Shown here: in pieces, positions 46,164 through 55,537 of the stretch
How the letters are laid out: each line of letters opens with the position of its first letter
How positions within the stretch are numbered: the stretch's first letter is position 1
Source: Actinomycetota bacterium
Lineage (GTDB): Bacteria; Actinomycetota; Acidimicrobiia; Acidimicrobiales; Aldehydirespiratoraceae
Direction: 5' to 3'
Assembly: GCA_039188975.1 (NCBI GenBank)
Contig: JBCCYT010000006.1
Span: 1 to 60,593, forward strand
Length of the DNA stretch: 60,593 bases
Translations under genes and position numbers: made by a program
Notes under the pieces: generated by a model
What the model was told of the DNA's origin: nothing
Seen by the model: the letters and a program-made list of their open reading frames with translations, nothing else
Databases searched by the model: none

Positions 46164-46200
46164 GCGGCTCGGTCACGGAATCAAGCCGTGACCGAGCCGC
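46164..46200 (-). terminator. GC-rich hairpin, 15-bp perfect stem, downstream of the MMPL gene
   Basis: GCGGCTCGGTCACGG-N7-CCGTGACCGAGCCGC, 11 nt after the MMPL stop; no U-tract. Confidence 0.65.
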
Positions 46201-46211
46201 AGGGGAACTGC

Positions 46212-48383
46212 TCAGGCGTAGAGCTCGGTGGCGTCGACGGAGGGCGCCGCGTCGGCGCGGTCGGAACGCCGCCCGGGCATCCACCACGCCCGCTCACCCA
46301 GCAGCTTCATCAGGGCGGGCAACAGTGTGACCCGCACGAAGAAGGCATCGGCGACAACAGCGACGGCGAGACCGAGGCCGAACAACTTGATGAAGGTCGT
46401 GCCGCCTGCGGCGAAGGCGCCAAAGGTGATGGCCAGGAGCAGGGCAGAAGCGGTGACGATGCCTCCCGTGCGCTGGATGCCCATCGCCGTCGCCGTCTCG
46501 GTGTCGGCACCGGCGTCGTACTCCTCCTTGATGCGAGAGAGCAGGAAGACCTCGTAGTCGATGCTCAGACCAAAGGCGACGCAGAACATCAGAATCGGCA
46601 TGGTCGTGTCGATCGCCCCGGTGGGGGTGAAGCCGAGGAGGTCGGCACCATTTCCATCCTGGAAGATCCAGACCATCGAGCCATAGGTGGCGGTGAGGCT
46701 GAGCAGGTTGAGCACGATGGCCTTGATCGGCAGGAGCACGGAGCGAAGCATCGCGAACAAGATGACCAACCCGGTTGCCGCGATGATTGCGCCGGCGAGT
46801 GGAAGCCGGTCAGCGATCGCACTCTTGGTGTCGATCAAGAAGGCGCCCTCACCGGTGACGAGCAGTTCGGGGCCATCGAGGTTGCGGATCGTCTCGATGA
46901 TGTCTTGACCGCTTCGCGACACCGGTTCGACCTCGGGAACGACGCTCCATCGGGTGGCCGTGGGCGAGGTGAACGCGTCGACCGCGCCGTTGTCGGCAAC
47001 CCGTTGCCCGTCAACGAACACGCCGCTTGGGGCGTCGACCCGAGCGACGTCGTCGAGCAACGAGATCGTCGACGCGATGTCGGCTGCGTCGGTGTCGGTG
47101 AGGGCTTCGGGCGTGATCACATCGAAGGCGTTCGACTCGACGGTGGCAAAGTCGGTGCGAAGGTCGTCGTTGGCTTCGCGGGCCCAGTTGCCTTCCGGGA
47201 GCACCCGGTGATCCGGGGTTCCGAACTCGGCGCGGAGGAACGGGGTGCCGACCAGGAGCAACAGGGCAACAACGGCGACCGTGATGGCTGCGGGCCGCTT
47301 CATCACGCCCCGGGCGAGTCGGGCGAGACGGCCGTTCTCTCCGGCCGGCGCGGCCGGCTTGCGGATGGCGAGGCTGTTGATGCGATGCCCGGTGACGGCC
47401 AGGAGCGCAGGCAAGGTGATGACCGCAGCAGCGGTGGCAAGCGCAACCGTGGCGGCGCCGGCATAGGCGAAGGATCGCAGGAAGTAGAGCGGGAAGACGA
47501 CGAGCGCGGTCAACGACAGCATCGTGGTGAGCCCGGAGAAGGTGATGGTGCGACCAGAGGTCTCGACGGTGCGAACGACGGCGGCTTCGACCGAGAGCCC
47601 ATTGTCGAGTTCTTCTCGGAAGCGGCTGACCATGAACAGACTGAAGTCGATGCCGAGACCGAGCCCGAGGGCGGTCGTGAGGTTGATGGCGTAGATCGAG
47701 ACGTCGGTGATCGAACCAATGACGTAGAGCACGAAGAGGGTTCCGAAGATCGAGCCGACCCCGATCAGCAGCGGGAAGCTGGCCGCAATCAGCCCTCGAA
47801 AGATCACCAACAACAAGATGAGCGTGATGGGGATCGCGATCAGTTGGGCGATGGCGAGATCGTCGCCGACCTGTTCGTTGACCGCCGCAAAGACGGGTGA
47901 CTGGCCCGCGAACCCGATGTCCATGCCTTCGAACTCGCTGTAGGTGTCGCGCAGGTCGTAGACGAGCTGATCGACGTCATCGTCGGACAGCGACGGATCG
48001 ATGGTGACGAAGGCGAGGGTCGCTTCGCCATCGATCGATGCCAGCGCGTCGGGTTGGCCGAGTTCCCACCACGTCGACACGTCGAGCACGCCGGGGGTCG
48101 CGCTGATCGACGTGTCGAGCTGGTCGGCGGCGGCCTCGGCCGACGCGTCGAGCCCGGCGCCGGCATCGATGACGAGCACGACCGCGGGGTCGATGACACC
48201 GAGTTCGGACTCCAAGAGCGCTTCGGCCCGTACGGACTCGCTGTTGGGATCGTCGAAGCCACCGCCCTGCAGGACGGAGAACGCTCCGCCGCTCAACGCG
48301 ATGGCGATGACGAGGAGGAGGGTCGAGGCGGCGAGGACACCTTTGCGGCGCCGAAACAAGACATGACCGAGGGTTGTGAACAT
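46212..48383 (-). CDS. MMPL/RND family transporter
   Basis: GLGIDFSLFMVSRFREE and FGLSIDYEVFLLSRIKEE repeats, about 12 TMs. Start ATG 48383. Confidence 0.94.
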   Translation of the reverse strand: MFTTLGHVLFRRRKGVLAASTLLLVIAIALSGGAFSVLQGGGFDDPNSESVRAEALLESELGVIDPAVVLVIDAGAGLDASAEAAADQLDTSISATPGVLDVSTWWELGQPDALASIDGEATLAFVTIDPSLSDDDVDQLVYDLRDTYSEFEGMDIGFAGQSPVFAAVNEQVGDDLAIAQLIAIPITLILLLVIFRGLIAASFPLLIGVGSIFGTLFVLYVIGSITDVSIYAINLTTALGLGLGIDFSLFMVSRFREELDNGLSVEAAVVRTVETSGRTITFSGLTTMLSLTALVVFPLYFLRSFAYAGAATVALATAAAVITLPALLAVTGHRINSLAIRKPAAPAGENGRLARLARGVMKRPAAITVAVVALLLLVGTPFLRAEFGTPDHRVLPEGNWAREANDDLRTDFATVESNAFDVITPEALTDTDAADIASTISLLDDVARVDAPSGVFVDGQRVADNGAVDAFTSPTATRWSVVPEVEPVSRSGQDIIETIRNLDGPELLVTGEGAFLIDTKSAIADRLPLAGAIIAATGLVILFAMLRSVLLPIKAIVLNLLSLTATYGSMVWIFQDGNGADLLGFTPTGAIDTTMPILMFCVAFGLSIDYEVFLLSRIKEEYDAGADTETATAMGIQRTGGIVTASALLLAITFGAFAAGGTTFIKLFGLGLAVAVVADAFFVRVTLLPALMKLLGERAWWMPGRRSDRADAAPSVDATELYA

Positions 48384-48413
48384 GGGGGAATCTCCAACAG
48401 TGGTGAATGTTCT

Positions 48414-48457
48414 AACAGTGTTCGAGGAACGATTGTCAGCTAACCTCGAACACCGTT
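48414..48457. promoter_or_regulatory. Inverted repeat operator (AACAGTGTTCGAGG ... CCTCGAACACCGTT), probable TetR site
   Basis: 14-bp arms with one mismatch between the divergent MMPL and TetR genes. Confidence 0.65.
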
Positions 48458-48478
48458 GGAAAAGCAAGAGGTGTTCAC

Positions 48479-49255
48479 ATGTCATCGGTCACACCCGACG
48501 CGGCTGCCGCTCCCCCACTCACCCGACGCGAACGCCTGCGCGCCGAACTGACCGCCGAAATCAAAGCGGTCGCCCGGCGCCAGCTCGACGAGGGCGGTCC
48601 AAGCGCGGTGAGCTGGCGAGGCATCGCCCGGGCCGTCGGTATGAGCCCCGCTTCGCTCTACACCTACTTCGAGAGCCTCGACGACCTCTACACGAGTCTC
48701 ATCGCCGAGAGCTACTCCGGCCATGCGGCCGCGCTCCAACGCGCGGTCGACGCGATGGCCGGCCGCCCCCTGCCCGACCGGCTGTTTGCCAGCATGATCG
48801 GCTATCGGGAGTGGGGCGTGCGGCGGCCGGGCGAGTTTCGACTGCTCTACAACAACCCGATCCCGGAGTACCAGGCCCCCGAGGACGGCCCGACGACCGA
48901 TGCGACGCTCGCCGTCGGCGCGGTCTTTCTCACCCTGCTGCAGGAAGGATGGCGAAGTGGCGAGATCGACCCCGCACCCCCCGGCCCGCCCGTCGATACC
49001 GACAAGATCTACGAGGCCTACGGCATCGAGATCACCAGCGACGAGTTCCGAACGGCGATCGGGGCCTGGGGCACGATCCACGGTCTGACCTCACTCGAGG
49101 TCCACAACAATCTGAGCGACGACTGGATCGATGCACCAGCGGTCTTCCTCGCGGAGATGCGGACACTCAGTCGTTCGTGGGGTCTCGCCGACGCGGGAGA
49201 CGATGTCGCGGCTCTGGCGGCCACCGCTGCGGCCGCCAGCGATGACGACCGCTGA
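48479..49255 (+). CDS. TetR/AcrR family regulator with WHG-type C-terminal domain
   Basis: RGIARAVGMSPASLYTYF HTH and WGTIHGLTSLE. Confidence 0.92.
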   Translation: MSSVTPDAAAAPPLTRRERLRAELTAEIKAVARRQLDEGGPSAVSWRGIARAVGMSPASLYTYFESLDDLYTSLIAESYSGHAAALQRAVDAMAGRPLPDRLFASMIGYREWGVRRPGEFRLLYNNPIPEYQAPEDGPTTDATLAVGAVFLTLLQEGWRSGEIDPAPPGPPVDTDKIYEAYGIEITSDEFRTAIGAWGTIHGLTSLEVHNNLSDDWIDAPAVFLAEMRTLSRSWGLADAGDDVAALAATAAAASDDDR

Positions 49256-49264
49256 CCCTGATGC

Positions 49265-49903
49265 TCAGGCGATGAATCCCTCGAGCGGGGTTGCCTCCGG
49301 CACGTCCCAGTCGCTGGGCATACGAGCGAAGTCGAAGAAGGGGGCGGTGTCCCCATTGTCGATCGCATCTTGCACCTGGTCATAGAAGCCCTTGCCGGTC
49401 TCTTCGGCGAAGGTGATCGCAATCTCTTCAGCCGAGTCACCGGGCTCGGGGCGCTGGCAGTACTCGGGGAACGAAGCTTCGCCCGCATCGCCTTCCTCGT
49501 ACCCGCGCGCGAAGAGCTGCTTGAGCACACCGAAGCCATCGTTGCGGACGAGCATCTCGCCGCGAGGGTCCCCACCCATCGACTTGAGGTGCTCGACGAA
49601 CTTGTCGAGATCATGGGTGTCGAACGCAACATGCTGGACGCTGTGATCGCCGTGGCGATCGGTGAACGCCGTCACCTGGCTCTTCTCGGCCCGGTCGATG
49701 CCCTCGATCAACGCGACGCCGAAGTCGCCGTAGTCGATGCACCAGATCTTCATCGACGAACCAAGGTCGTCGGGCCGGACGTCATCGATGCGATTGATGA
49801 GGGTGCCGCCTTCGACCTCGATGTGAAACCACGCCCACTTCTCGATCTGGCCCTTGGCGCAGGCGTAGGTGATGTGGTCGACCTTCTTGAGCATCGAGGG
49901 CAT
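49265..49903 (-). CDS. Single-domain 4-hydroxyphenylpyruvate dioxygenase-like VOC protein
   Basis: VDHITY, SQVTAF..HG..VQHVAF, LKQLF and FPEYCQR match the HPPD catalytic-domain His/His/Glu pattern; only 212 aa. Confidence 0.75.
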   Translation of the reverse strand: MPSMLKKVDHITYACAKGQIEKWAWFHIEVEGGTLINRIDDVRPDDLGSSMKIWCIDYGDFGVALIEGIDRAEKSQVTAFTDRHGDHSVQHVAFDTHDLDKFVEHLKSMGGDPRGEMLVRNDGFGVLKQLFARGYEEGDAGEASFPEYCQRPEPGDSAEEIAITFAEETGKGFYDQVQDAIDNGDTAPFFDFARMPSDWDVPEATPLEGFIA

Positions 49904-49951
49904 GAGAGATCCTTCGTCGTGAGCGAACTGTCACCCTCGTTGTACGATGAT

Positions 49952-50062
49952 TGAACGATCTGACTCAACGGATCTCGGCAAATCAGACGCAATGACTGCT
50001 GAGACTGAGCAGATCGCTCGATTTTGCCTGTATTGCGATGTCTGGAGTGAACAGATGGCCCA
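49952..50062. promoter_or_regulatory. Repeated TGARCAGAT-like sites, candidate Lrp/AsnC operators
   Basis: TGAACGATCTGACTCA (49952), TGAGCAGATCGCTCG (50006) and TGAACAGATGGCCCA (50048) in the divergent intergenic region. Confidence 0.4.
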
Positions 50063-50510
50063 CCCGCTCGATGACACCGACCGGTCGATTCTGCGCAACC
50101 TTCGGCTCCATCCCCGAGCATCGATTGCCGAGATCGCCCGCCGAGCGGGCATCGCCCGCGGCACCGTCTACAGCCGTCTCGAACGCATGGAACGGGACCG
50201 GGTCATCACCGGATGGGGGCCCGAGCTCGACACGCGTGCAGCGGGCTATGACGTGCTCGCATTCGTGTGGTTGCAGATCGCCCAGGGCGCCCACGACGAG
50301 ACGATCGACGCACTCGCCGAGATCGACGAGGTGCTGGAGATCCACACCATCACCGGCGACGCCGACCTGTTGTGCAAGGTCGTCGCTCGGTCGAACGACC
50401 ACCTGCACGAGATCGTGCTAGCCGTGACCTCGCTTCCTCCGGTGCGCCACAGCCAAACCCAACTGGCGCTGCATACCAGCCATCGCCGCGGCCTCGTCGA
50501 CGTGCTGTAA
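50055..50510 (+). CDS. Lrp/AsnC family transcriptional regulator
   Basis: LDDTDRSIL, EIARRAGIARGTVYSRLERM and EIHTITGDADLL motifs. Confidence 0.93.
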   Translation: MAHPLDDTDRSILRNLRLHPRASIAEIARRAGIARGTVYSRLERMERDRVITGWGPELDTRAAGYDVLAFVWLQIAQGAHDETIDALAEIDEVLEIHTITGDADLLCKVVARSNDHLHEIVLAVTSLPPVRHSQTQLALHTSHRRGLVDVL

Positions 50511-50552
50511 CCGCGGGCCCACCGTGAAGCTAGGTTCTCGCCTTCTGAGCCA

Positions 50553-50867
50553 TCAGTCGATGGCCAGATCAAAGACGAGGATCCCATCGGTACCACCCAG
50601 GGCGGCGGCCACCAGCCGGTCGCCGAAGGCTCGGTGCGCCTGGTCGACGAGATAGGCATCTCGATCCGTCTCCGTAGCAAAGTCGATCACGAAGCCGTGC
50701 CGAAAGCCATGCACCACCGGATCCTCCGGACTCACGTTTGCACCGATCCGGAGTTCGAGCACGCCCTCGAGCGGCCGACACACGTCATGCAGTCCATCGA
50801 GCACCTGATCGATCGCCGCGTCATCGGTATCGGCGGGGAAGCGGACGAAGACATGGTGGCGAATCAC
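50553..50867 (-). CDS. Dabb (stress-responsive A/B barrel) family protein
   Basis: IRHHVFVRF, GANVSPE, GFVIDF, RDAYLVDQAH. GTG start at 50867. Confidence 0.88.
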   Translation of the reverse strand: MIRHHVFVRFPADTDDAAIDQVLDGLHDVCRPLEGVLELRIGANVSPEDPVVHGFRHGFVIDFATETDRDAYLVDQAHRAFGDRLVAAALGGTDGILVFDLAID

Positions 50868-51066
50868 GACTGTCGTTCTAATCCAGTGACGGACGTTGAT
50901 GCTCGTGCCACACTGACGACACGGTCGACAGGAACCGAGGCGTCGCTGGCCCACCGGGCTCGCTAAACCCTGTCATCAACCTCACGGCACTACGAGCGTC
51001 TCCATCCGTGCTCGTCGCCAAGTCAGCGACCCGCGACCACCTGCTGCACGGAAGAGAGATCTTGCC

Positions 51067-51612
51067 ATGTCCCGTGAAACCGTTCCCCTCCCCATCGACG
51101 ATCTGTCGCGTTTCGCTCGCCGGCTCGGCACCGAACTCGGTGACACCGCACCGACGCACCTGACGTTGCTCAACATGCTCGCCAAAGCCGCCGGCTATCG
51201 GAACTACCAGCATCTGCGAGCCGACGCGCAGGCCAAGCATCGGCTCGACCAGCCGGCCGCTCCCGGGCCGGCCGTCGACCACAAGCAGATCGAACGGACC
51301 CTCAACCACTTCGATGACAACGGCGACCTCGTTCGCTGGCCCACCCGCAACGCAATCCAGAAGCTCGCGGTGTGGACGTTCTGGGCCGACCTGCCCGTCG
51401 GCGAGTCACTCGCAGAAGCGGAGATCAACGAACGATTCAACACCCGCCATCACTTCGGCGATCCCGCGACGATCCGCCGGATGCTGGTCGGCCTCGGCCG
51501 GGTCGAACGCACACGAGATGGTTCGGCTTACACGAGAGTCGAAGGACCATTGCCGCCCGAAGCTGAACAACTCATTCGCCGAGTTCGCGAGCGGCGTCCA
51601 TCGCCAGCGTGA
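51067..51612 (+). CDS. DUF2087 domain-containing protein
   Basis: HLTLLNMLAKAAGYRNYQH, RWP, EAEINE, DPATIRRML and RTRDGSAY pattern. Confidence 0.75.
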   Translation: MSRETVPLPIDDLSRFARRLGTELGDTAPTHLTLLNMLAKAAGYRNYQHLRADAQAKHRLDQPAAPGPAVDHKQIERTLNHFDDNGDLVRWPTRNAIQKLAVWTFWADLPVGESLAEAEINERFNTRHHFGDPATIRRMLVGLGRVERTRDGSAYTRVEGPLPPEAEQLIRRVRERRPSPA

Positions 51613-51685
51613 GTTTCGAGGGTCGTGGCGAGCGTCACCACCCTCGGATCTCTCCCACATCCTGAGACGCCGATAGGGTGCGGGC

Positions 51686-52129
51686 ATGAGCGATCTCCGT
51701 GTGGCATTCGTGATGGCAACCTGGCACGACGATCTCGTCGACCGCACCAAGCTGGGCTTCTTCGAGCGCATGGCCGAGCTCGGCTACGGCGAAGACGTCA
51801 TCGACGTCCACAAGCTGCCGGGTGCGCTCGAGTTCCCTCTGCACTGCAAGAAGCTGGCCCAGACCGGGACGTACGACGTGATCGTCACCGCCGCGCTCGT
51901 CGTCGACGGCGGCATCTACGAGCACCGCTTCGTCGCTCACGCCGTGTTGCAGGGGATGATGAACGTGATGCTCGAAACCGATGTGCCCATCATGTCGGCC
52001 GTTCTGACGCCACAGCAGTTCCACGAACACGACGTGCACCACGCCTTCTTCTTCGACCACCTCGTCAAGAAGGGCCGAGAAGCCGCAGACGCAGCAGTGA
52101 AAACGGTCGAGAACCTTCGGGCCATCTGA
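51686..52129 (+). CDS. ribH: 6,7-dimethyl-8-ribityllumazine synthase (type II, RibH2-like)
   Basis: WHDDLV, PGALEFPL, VVDGGIYEHRFVA, SAVLTP and HLVKKGREAA motifs. Confidence 0.88.
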   Translation: MSDLRVAFVMATWHDDLVDRTKLGFFERMAELGYGEDVIDVHKLPGALEFPLHCKKLAQTGTYDVIVTAALVVDGGIYEHRFVAHAVLQGMMNVMLETDVPIMSAVLTPQQFHEHDVHHAFFFDHLVKKGREAADAAVKTVENLRAI

Positions 52130-52521
52130 TGGCGAGGGCTCCCGAGCCCACCGACCTCGACCACGAGTTCGCGGCGCTGCGGTTTCTTCCCGAACGTTCT
52201 CATGACTCGACGCCCGACGAGCTTGCTGGGGCCTTCGCCCGGCTGGCCGACACCGAGATGGGCGCGGTGTTCATCGGCCACTACGGCGGCGATTCCCAAT
52301 GGGAACGCCACATCGGTGACGAGTACGTGTCGGTCGTCGCCGGCTCGACGGAAATGACGATGATCATCGACGGCGCCGACGTGACCCGCACGATGACCGC
52401 CGGTCAATTCGTGATCGTGCCGAAGGGCACGTGGCATCGTTTCCACACGCCGGACGAAGTCAAGGTGATGACGATCTCGCCCCAGCCGACAGAGCACTCA
52501 CGGGAGCGCCCGGTCGACTGA
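52129..52521 (+). CDS. Cupin domain protein
   Basis: WERH.GDE and IVPKGTWHR cupin motifs; TGATG coupling to ribH. Confidence 0.88.
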   Translation: MARAPEPTDLDHEFAALRFLPERSHDSTPDELAGAFARLADTEMGAVFIGHYGGDSQWERHIGDEYVSVVAGSTEMTMIIDGADVTRTMTAGQFVIVPKGTWHRFHTPDEVKVMTISPQPTEHSRERPVD

Positions 52522-52525
52522 GTGG

Positions 52526-54238
52526 TCACTGTCCCCGACTGTCGGGATCCACGCCCGCAAGCGTGAGAAAGTCGGTCGTGCGATAGCCCGCATCGGGATT
52601 GGCCATCGGGAGCGACGGTGTCCAGCCCGGTTCAGCGTTCACATACGCCTCCGCATCGAGCTGGAGCAACCCGATGAACACCTCGGCGACGATCCGCCCA
52701 CCGACCGGCCCGAGATGCAGGCCATCAGCGACCACTTCGGCTTCTTTCAAGATGTAGTAGAAGAGCGGCGTACTCTCGTCGAGGTTGGCTCCGAGGTCCG
52801 AGAGCTCGGGCAGGTCACCGGCGAGCAGTTGCGGTTCCCCCATCACGTTGGCGATGCGCTGGCCCGAGGGGATCGACCAGGTGATGTGACGCAGCAGATT
52901 GCGGCTGGCGAGCGACGTCGGCCCGATCTCCTCACCCCGGGTCACCGGCAAGGTCGACAGTGGCAGGTTGAACAGCGGCGTCGAGATCTTGGTGTCGACT
53001 CGCTTGTTGTTGCGAACCTCACCGTCACCGAAGTCGAAGAACGTTTGCCAGCCAATGAACCGCCGCGGCGCGCGATGGCCGCCAGCCAGCGAGTCGGGAT
53101 CGTCTTGGCCGAACGTCGACGGATCGAACACGAAGGCGAAGAACGGATCGCCGCTGTCGCCCGCGAGGTTGGCTCGGTACGACGGCCGGATCATCGAGTG
53201 GCCCATGCGGTAGGCCGAGGTTTGGAACTCGACCGGGATGCGAGCCCGGTCCGGGTTGTAGATCCGGCGCCCGTTGCTGAGGATGTCGTCCACCATGGCC
53301 TGCCCAACCATTGCCGGAAGCCACTCGTTGAGGATCATCCACTGGTAGTGCCAACGCACGATCCGCTGCGTTTCCGCGAACGCCGCCTGGTCGTCGAGAC
53401 CGGTTGCGAGAACTCGGTCAAGCACGGCGTTGTGCCAGAGCAGGAAGGCGCAGTGCAGGCCAGAGATGATCATGTTCTCGTCGTTGCGGTTGTCGCCGAG
53501 GATCGCCGAGCCATCGACGGCTCGAGGAATGTCCTCGAACAGTCCGCCGGACTCGACCCGGAACCGGATCGGATCGTCATCGAGGTAGAGCTCCGGCATC
53601 TCGTTCGGACCACCGCCGTACACCGAGTCGAGATCGAACCTTGCGGTGCGGAGATTGAGCGAAGTGCGCAGCCCCTGGCGTCGGCCCAGCTGCGAGCCGG
53701 CGTCTCGAGTGATGTCGTGGTCGAGAAACTGACCGACAAACGTGATGCCGGCGGTATTGGTCGGGTTGTCGGGATTGTTGATGCTCAACGAGGGGTCGAG
53801 GATGAGGTCGACCGGACCGCGTTCGAGTGGGTCGTTGGCATCCATCAGGCCGCCCGGTCGGCCGAGCTCGATGAGTGCCTCGGTGAGTTCGTCGCTCTCT
53901 CGAGCGAATGGGCGCTCGTCGAACAGCCGGGAGAACCGATCGAGGGCGACGTCGCCATTGTCTTGGCCACCGCGGACGTTTCCGCCGCCGCCGTTGTTGC
54001 CGCGCCGGTTGTTGCCCGGGCCGTTCTGAGCCGGGGCGGCCGGGCCGTCGGCCCCGCCTCGCCCGCCTCGACGGCGGGGCCGAGCGAGGGCGACGCCGGT
54101 GCCGCTGACGGCGGCGACACCGACGCCCACCCCAGCGGCTCCGAGCAGGCGACGACGGCTGAGCCCCGGGCGGGGCGACTCGGAGTTGGGGTGCGAATCG
54201 TTCTGGTCAGGGTTGGGGTTGGCAGTGGGGGTTTCCAT
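52526..54238 (-). CDS. Tat-exported haem peroxidase (peroxidase-cyclooxygenase superfamily)
   Basis: SRRRLL Tat motif; GQFLDHDIT (distal His), DNRNDEN, YRMGHS (proximal His), LGPVGGRIVAE. Confidence 0.88.
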   Translation of the reverse strand: METPTANPNPDQNDSHPNSESPRPGLSRRRLLGAAGVGVGVAAVSGTGVALARPRRRGGRGGADGPAAPAQNGPGNNRRGNNGGGGNVRGGQDNGDVALDRFSRLFDERPFARESDELTEALIELGRPGGLMDANDPLERGPVDLILDPSLSINNPDNPTNTAGITFVGQFLDHDITRDAGSQLGRRQGLRTSLNLRTARFDLDSVYGGGPNEMPELYLDDDPIRFRVESGGLFEDIPRAVDGSAILGDNRNDENMIISGLHCAFLLWHNAVLDRVLATGLDDQAAFAETQRIVRWHYQWMILNEWLPAMVGQAMVDDILSNGRRIYNPDRARIPVEFQTSAYRMGHSMIRPSYRANLAGDSGDPFFAFVFDPSTFGQDDPDSLAGGHRAPRRFIGWQTFFDFGDGEVRNNKRVDTKISTPLFNLPLSTLPVTRGEEIGPTSLASRNLLRHITWSIPSGQRIANVMGEPQLLAGDLPELSDLGANLDESTPLFYYILKEAEVVADGLHLGPVGGRIVAEVFIGLLQLDAEAYVNAEPGWTPSLPMANPDAGYRTTDFLTLAGVDPDSRGQ

Positions 54239-54345
54239 GAGGTTGACCGTCGGGGAGCTGCGCGAATCTCAACCCAACACAAGTCAAGAATTCGCAAAGA
54301 ACGACCGAACCGAATTAGCCACCGATCGAGTCGTACCGTGACGGT

Positions 54346-55521
54346 GTGTCGACCCCCCAAACGGTTCTGATCCGGGTCAACGGCCCCGACAAGCCCGGCA
54401 TCAACGCTGGCCTCATGGGGGTGTTGGCCGAGTGCGGCGCCGCGGTACAAGACGTCGAACAGATCGTCATCCGTGGGCAGATCGCGCTCGGCGTCGTCGT
54501 CGAGGTTCCGAAAGGCAAAGACCTGCTTCGTGATGTGTTGCTCTGGGGTTGGGAAGAAGGCATCGACGTCGACTTCGACGTCGTTCCCACGACACCGACA
54601 CCGGCCACGCCAGGGATGGTCGTGACCGTGCTGGGGCCGAACCTCACACCGACCGAGCTCGGTGCCGTAACTCGAGCGATCGCCGATGTGGGGGCCAACA
54701 TCGACCGGATCGTGCGCCTCTCTCGTTACCCGGTGATGAGTTACGAGCTGGTTGTTCGCACATCGGCCGAACCGACACTTCGGCGGGCGCTGCTGACAGC
54801 CACAACCGACCTCCCCGACGTCGACATCGCCGTGCAACGCGAGGGGCTGGGCCGGCGAGCCAAACGACTCGTCGTGCTCGACGTCGACTCGACCTTGATC
54901 CAGGACGAGGTGATCGAGCTCCTGGCAGCCGAGGCCGGTTGTCTTGCCGAGGTCAAAGCGATGACCGACGCCGCCATGGCCGGAGACGTCGACTTCGAGA
55001 CATCACTGCGTTCCCGAGTCCAACTACTGACCGGCCTCGACGTCCAGGCGGTCGATCGGGCGTGGGCCAACCTCCGCTACACCCCTGGCGCGGCAACGTT
55101 TCTCCGCACGCTCAAACGGCTCGGCTATGTCGTGGCGGTCGTGTCGGGAGGTTTCACGGTGTTCACCGATCGGTTGCGGGACGATCTCGGGCTCGACGCG
55201 GCGTTCGCGAATGAACTCGAGGTGATCGACGGTCGGTTCACTGGCAACGTCGTGGGCGAGATCGTCGATCGAGAACGCAAGGCGACCTTGCTCGGTTCGA
55301 TCGCAGCCGACGCCGGCGTGCCGATCGAGCAGACGGTGGCGGTCGGCGACGGCGCCAACGACCTCGCCATGCTGGAAGCGGCCGGGCTGGGGGTGGCGTT
55401 CAACGCCAAGCCCGTGGTCACCGCCGCCGCCGACACATCGATCAACGTTCCCTATCTGGACGCCGTGTTGTTCATGCTCGGGATCCGACGAGAGGACATC
55501 GAGGCAGCCGACCAAGGGTGA
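54346..55521 (+). CDS. serB: Phosphoserine phosphatase with ACT domains
   Basis: GPDKPG ACT domain, DVDSTL HAD motif, SGGF, GDGANDL and FNAKP. Confidence 0.95.
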   Translation: MSTPQTVLIRVNGPDKPGINAGLMGVLAECGAAVQDVEQIVIRGQIALGVVVEVPKGKDLLRDVLLWGWEEGIDVDFDVVPTTPTPATPGMVVTVLGPNLTPTELGAVTRAIADVGANIDRIVRLSRYPVMSYELVVRTSAEPTLRRALLTATTDLPDVDIAVQREGLGRRAKRLVVLDVDSTLIQDEVIELLAAEAGCLAEVKAMTDAAMAGDVDFETSLRSRVQLLTGLDVQAVDRAWANLRYTPGAATFLRTLKRLGYVVAVVSGGFTVFTDRLRDDLGLDAAFANELEVIDGRFTGNVVGEIVDRERKATLLGSIAADAGVPIEQTVAVGDGANDLAMLEAAGLGVAFNAKPVVTAAADTSINVPYLDAVLFMLGIRREDIEAADQG

Positions 55522-55537
55522 CGGTCGGTCCGGCGGC

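Noticed and set aside
50870-51685. FMN riboswitch upstream of ribH
   Set aside because: None of the conserved RFN blocks is visible before DUF2087 or in the short gap before ribH.
54251-54262. Partial reverse match to the REP-like loop (CGGGGAGCTGCG) upstream of the peroxidase
   Set aside because: Only 12 nt with no complementary arm; compatible with chance in GC-rich DNA.
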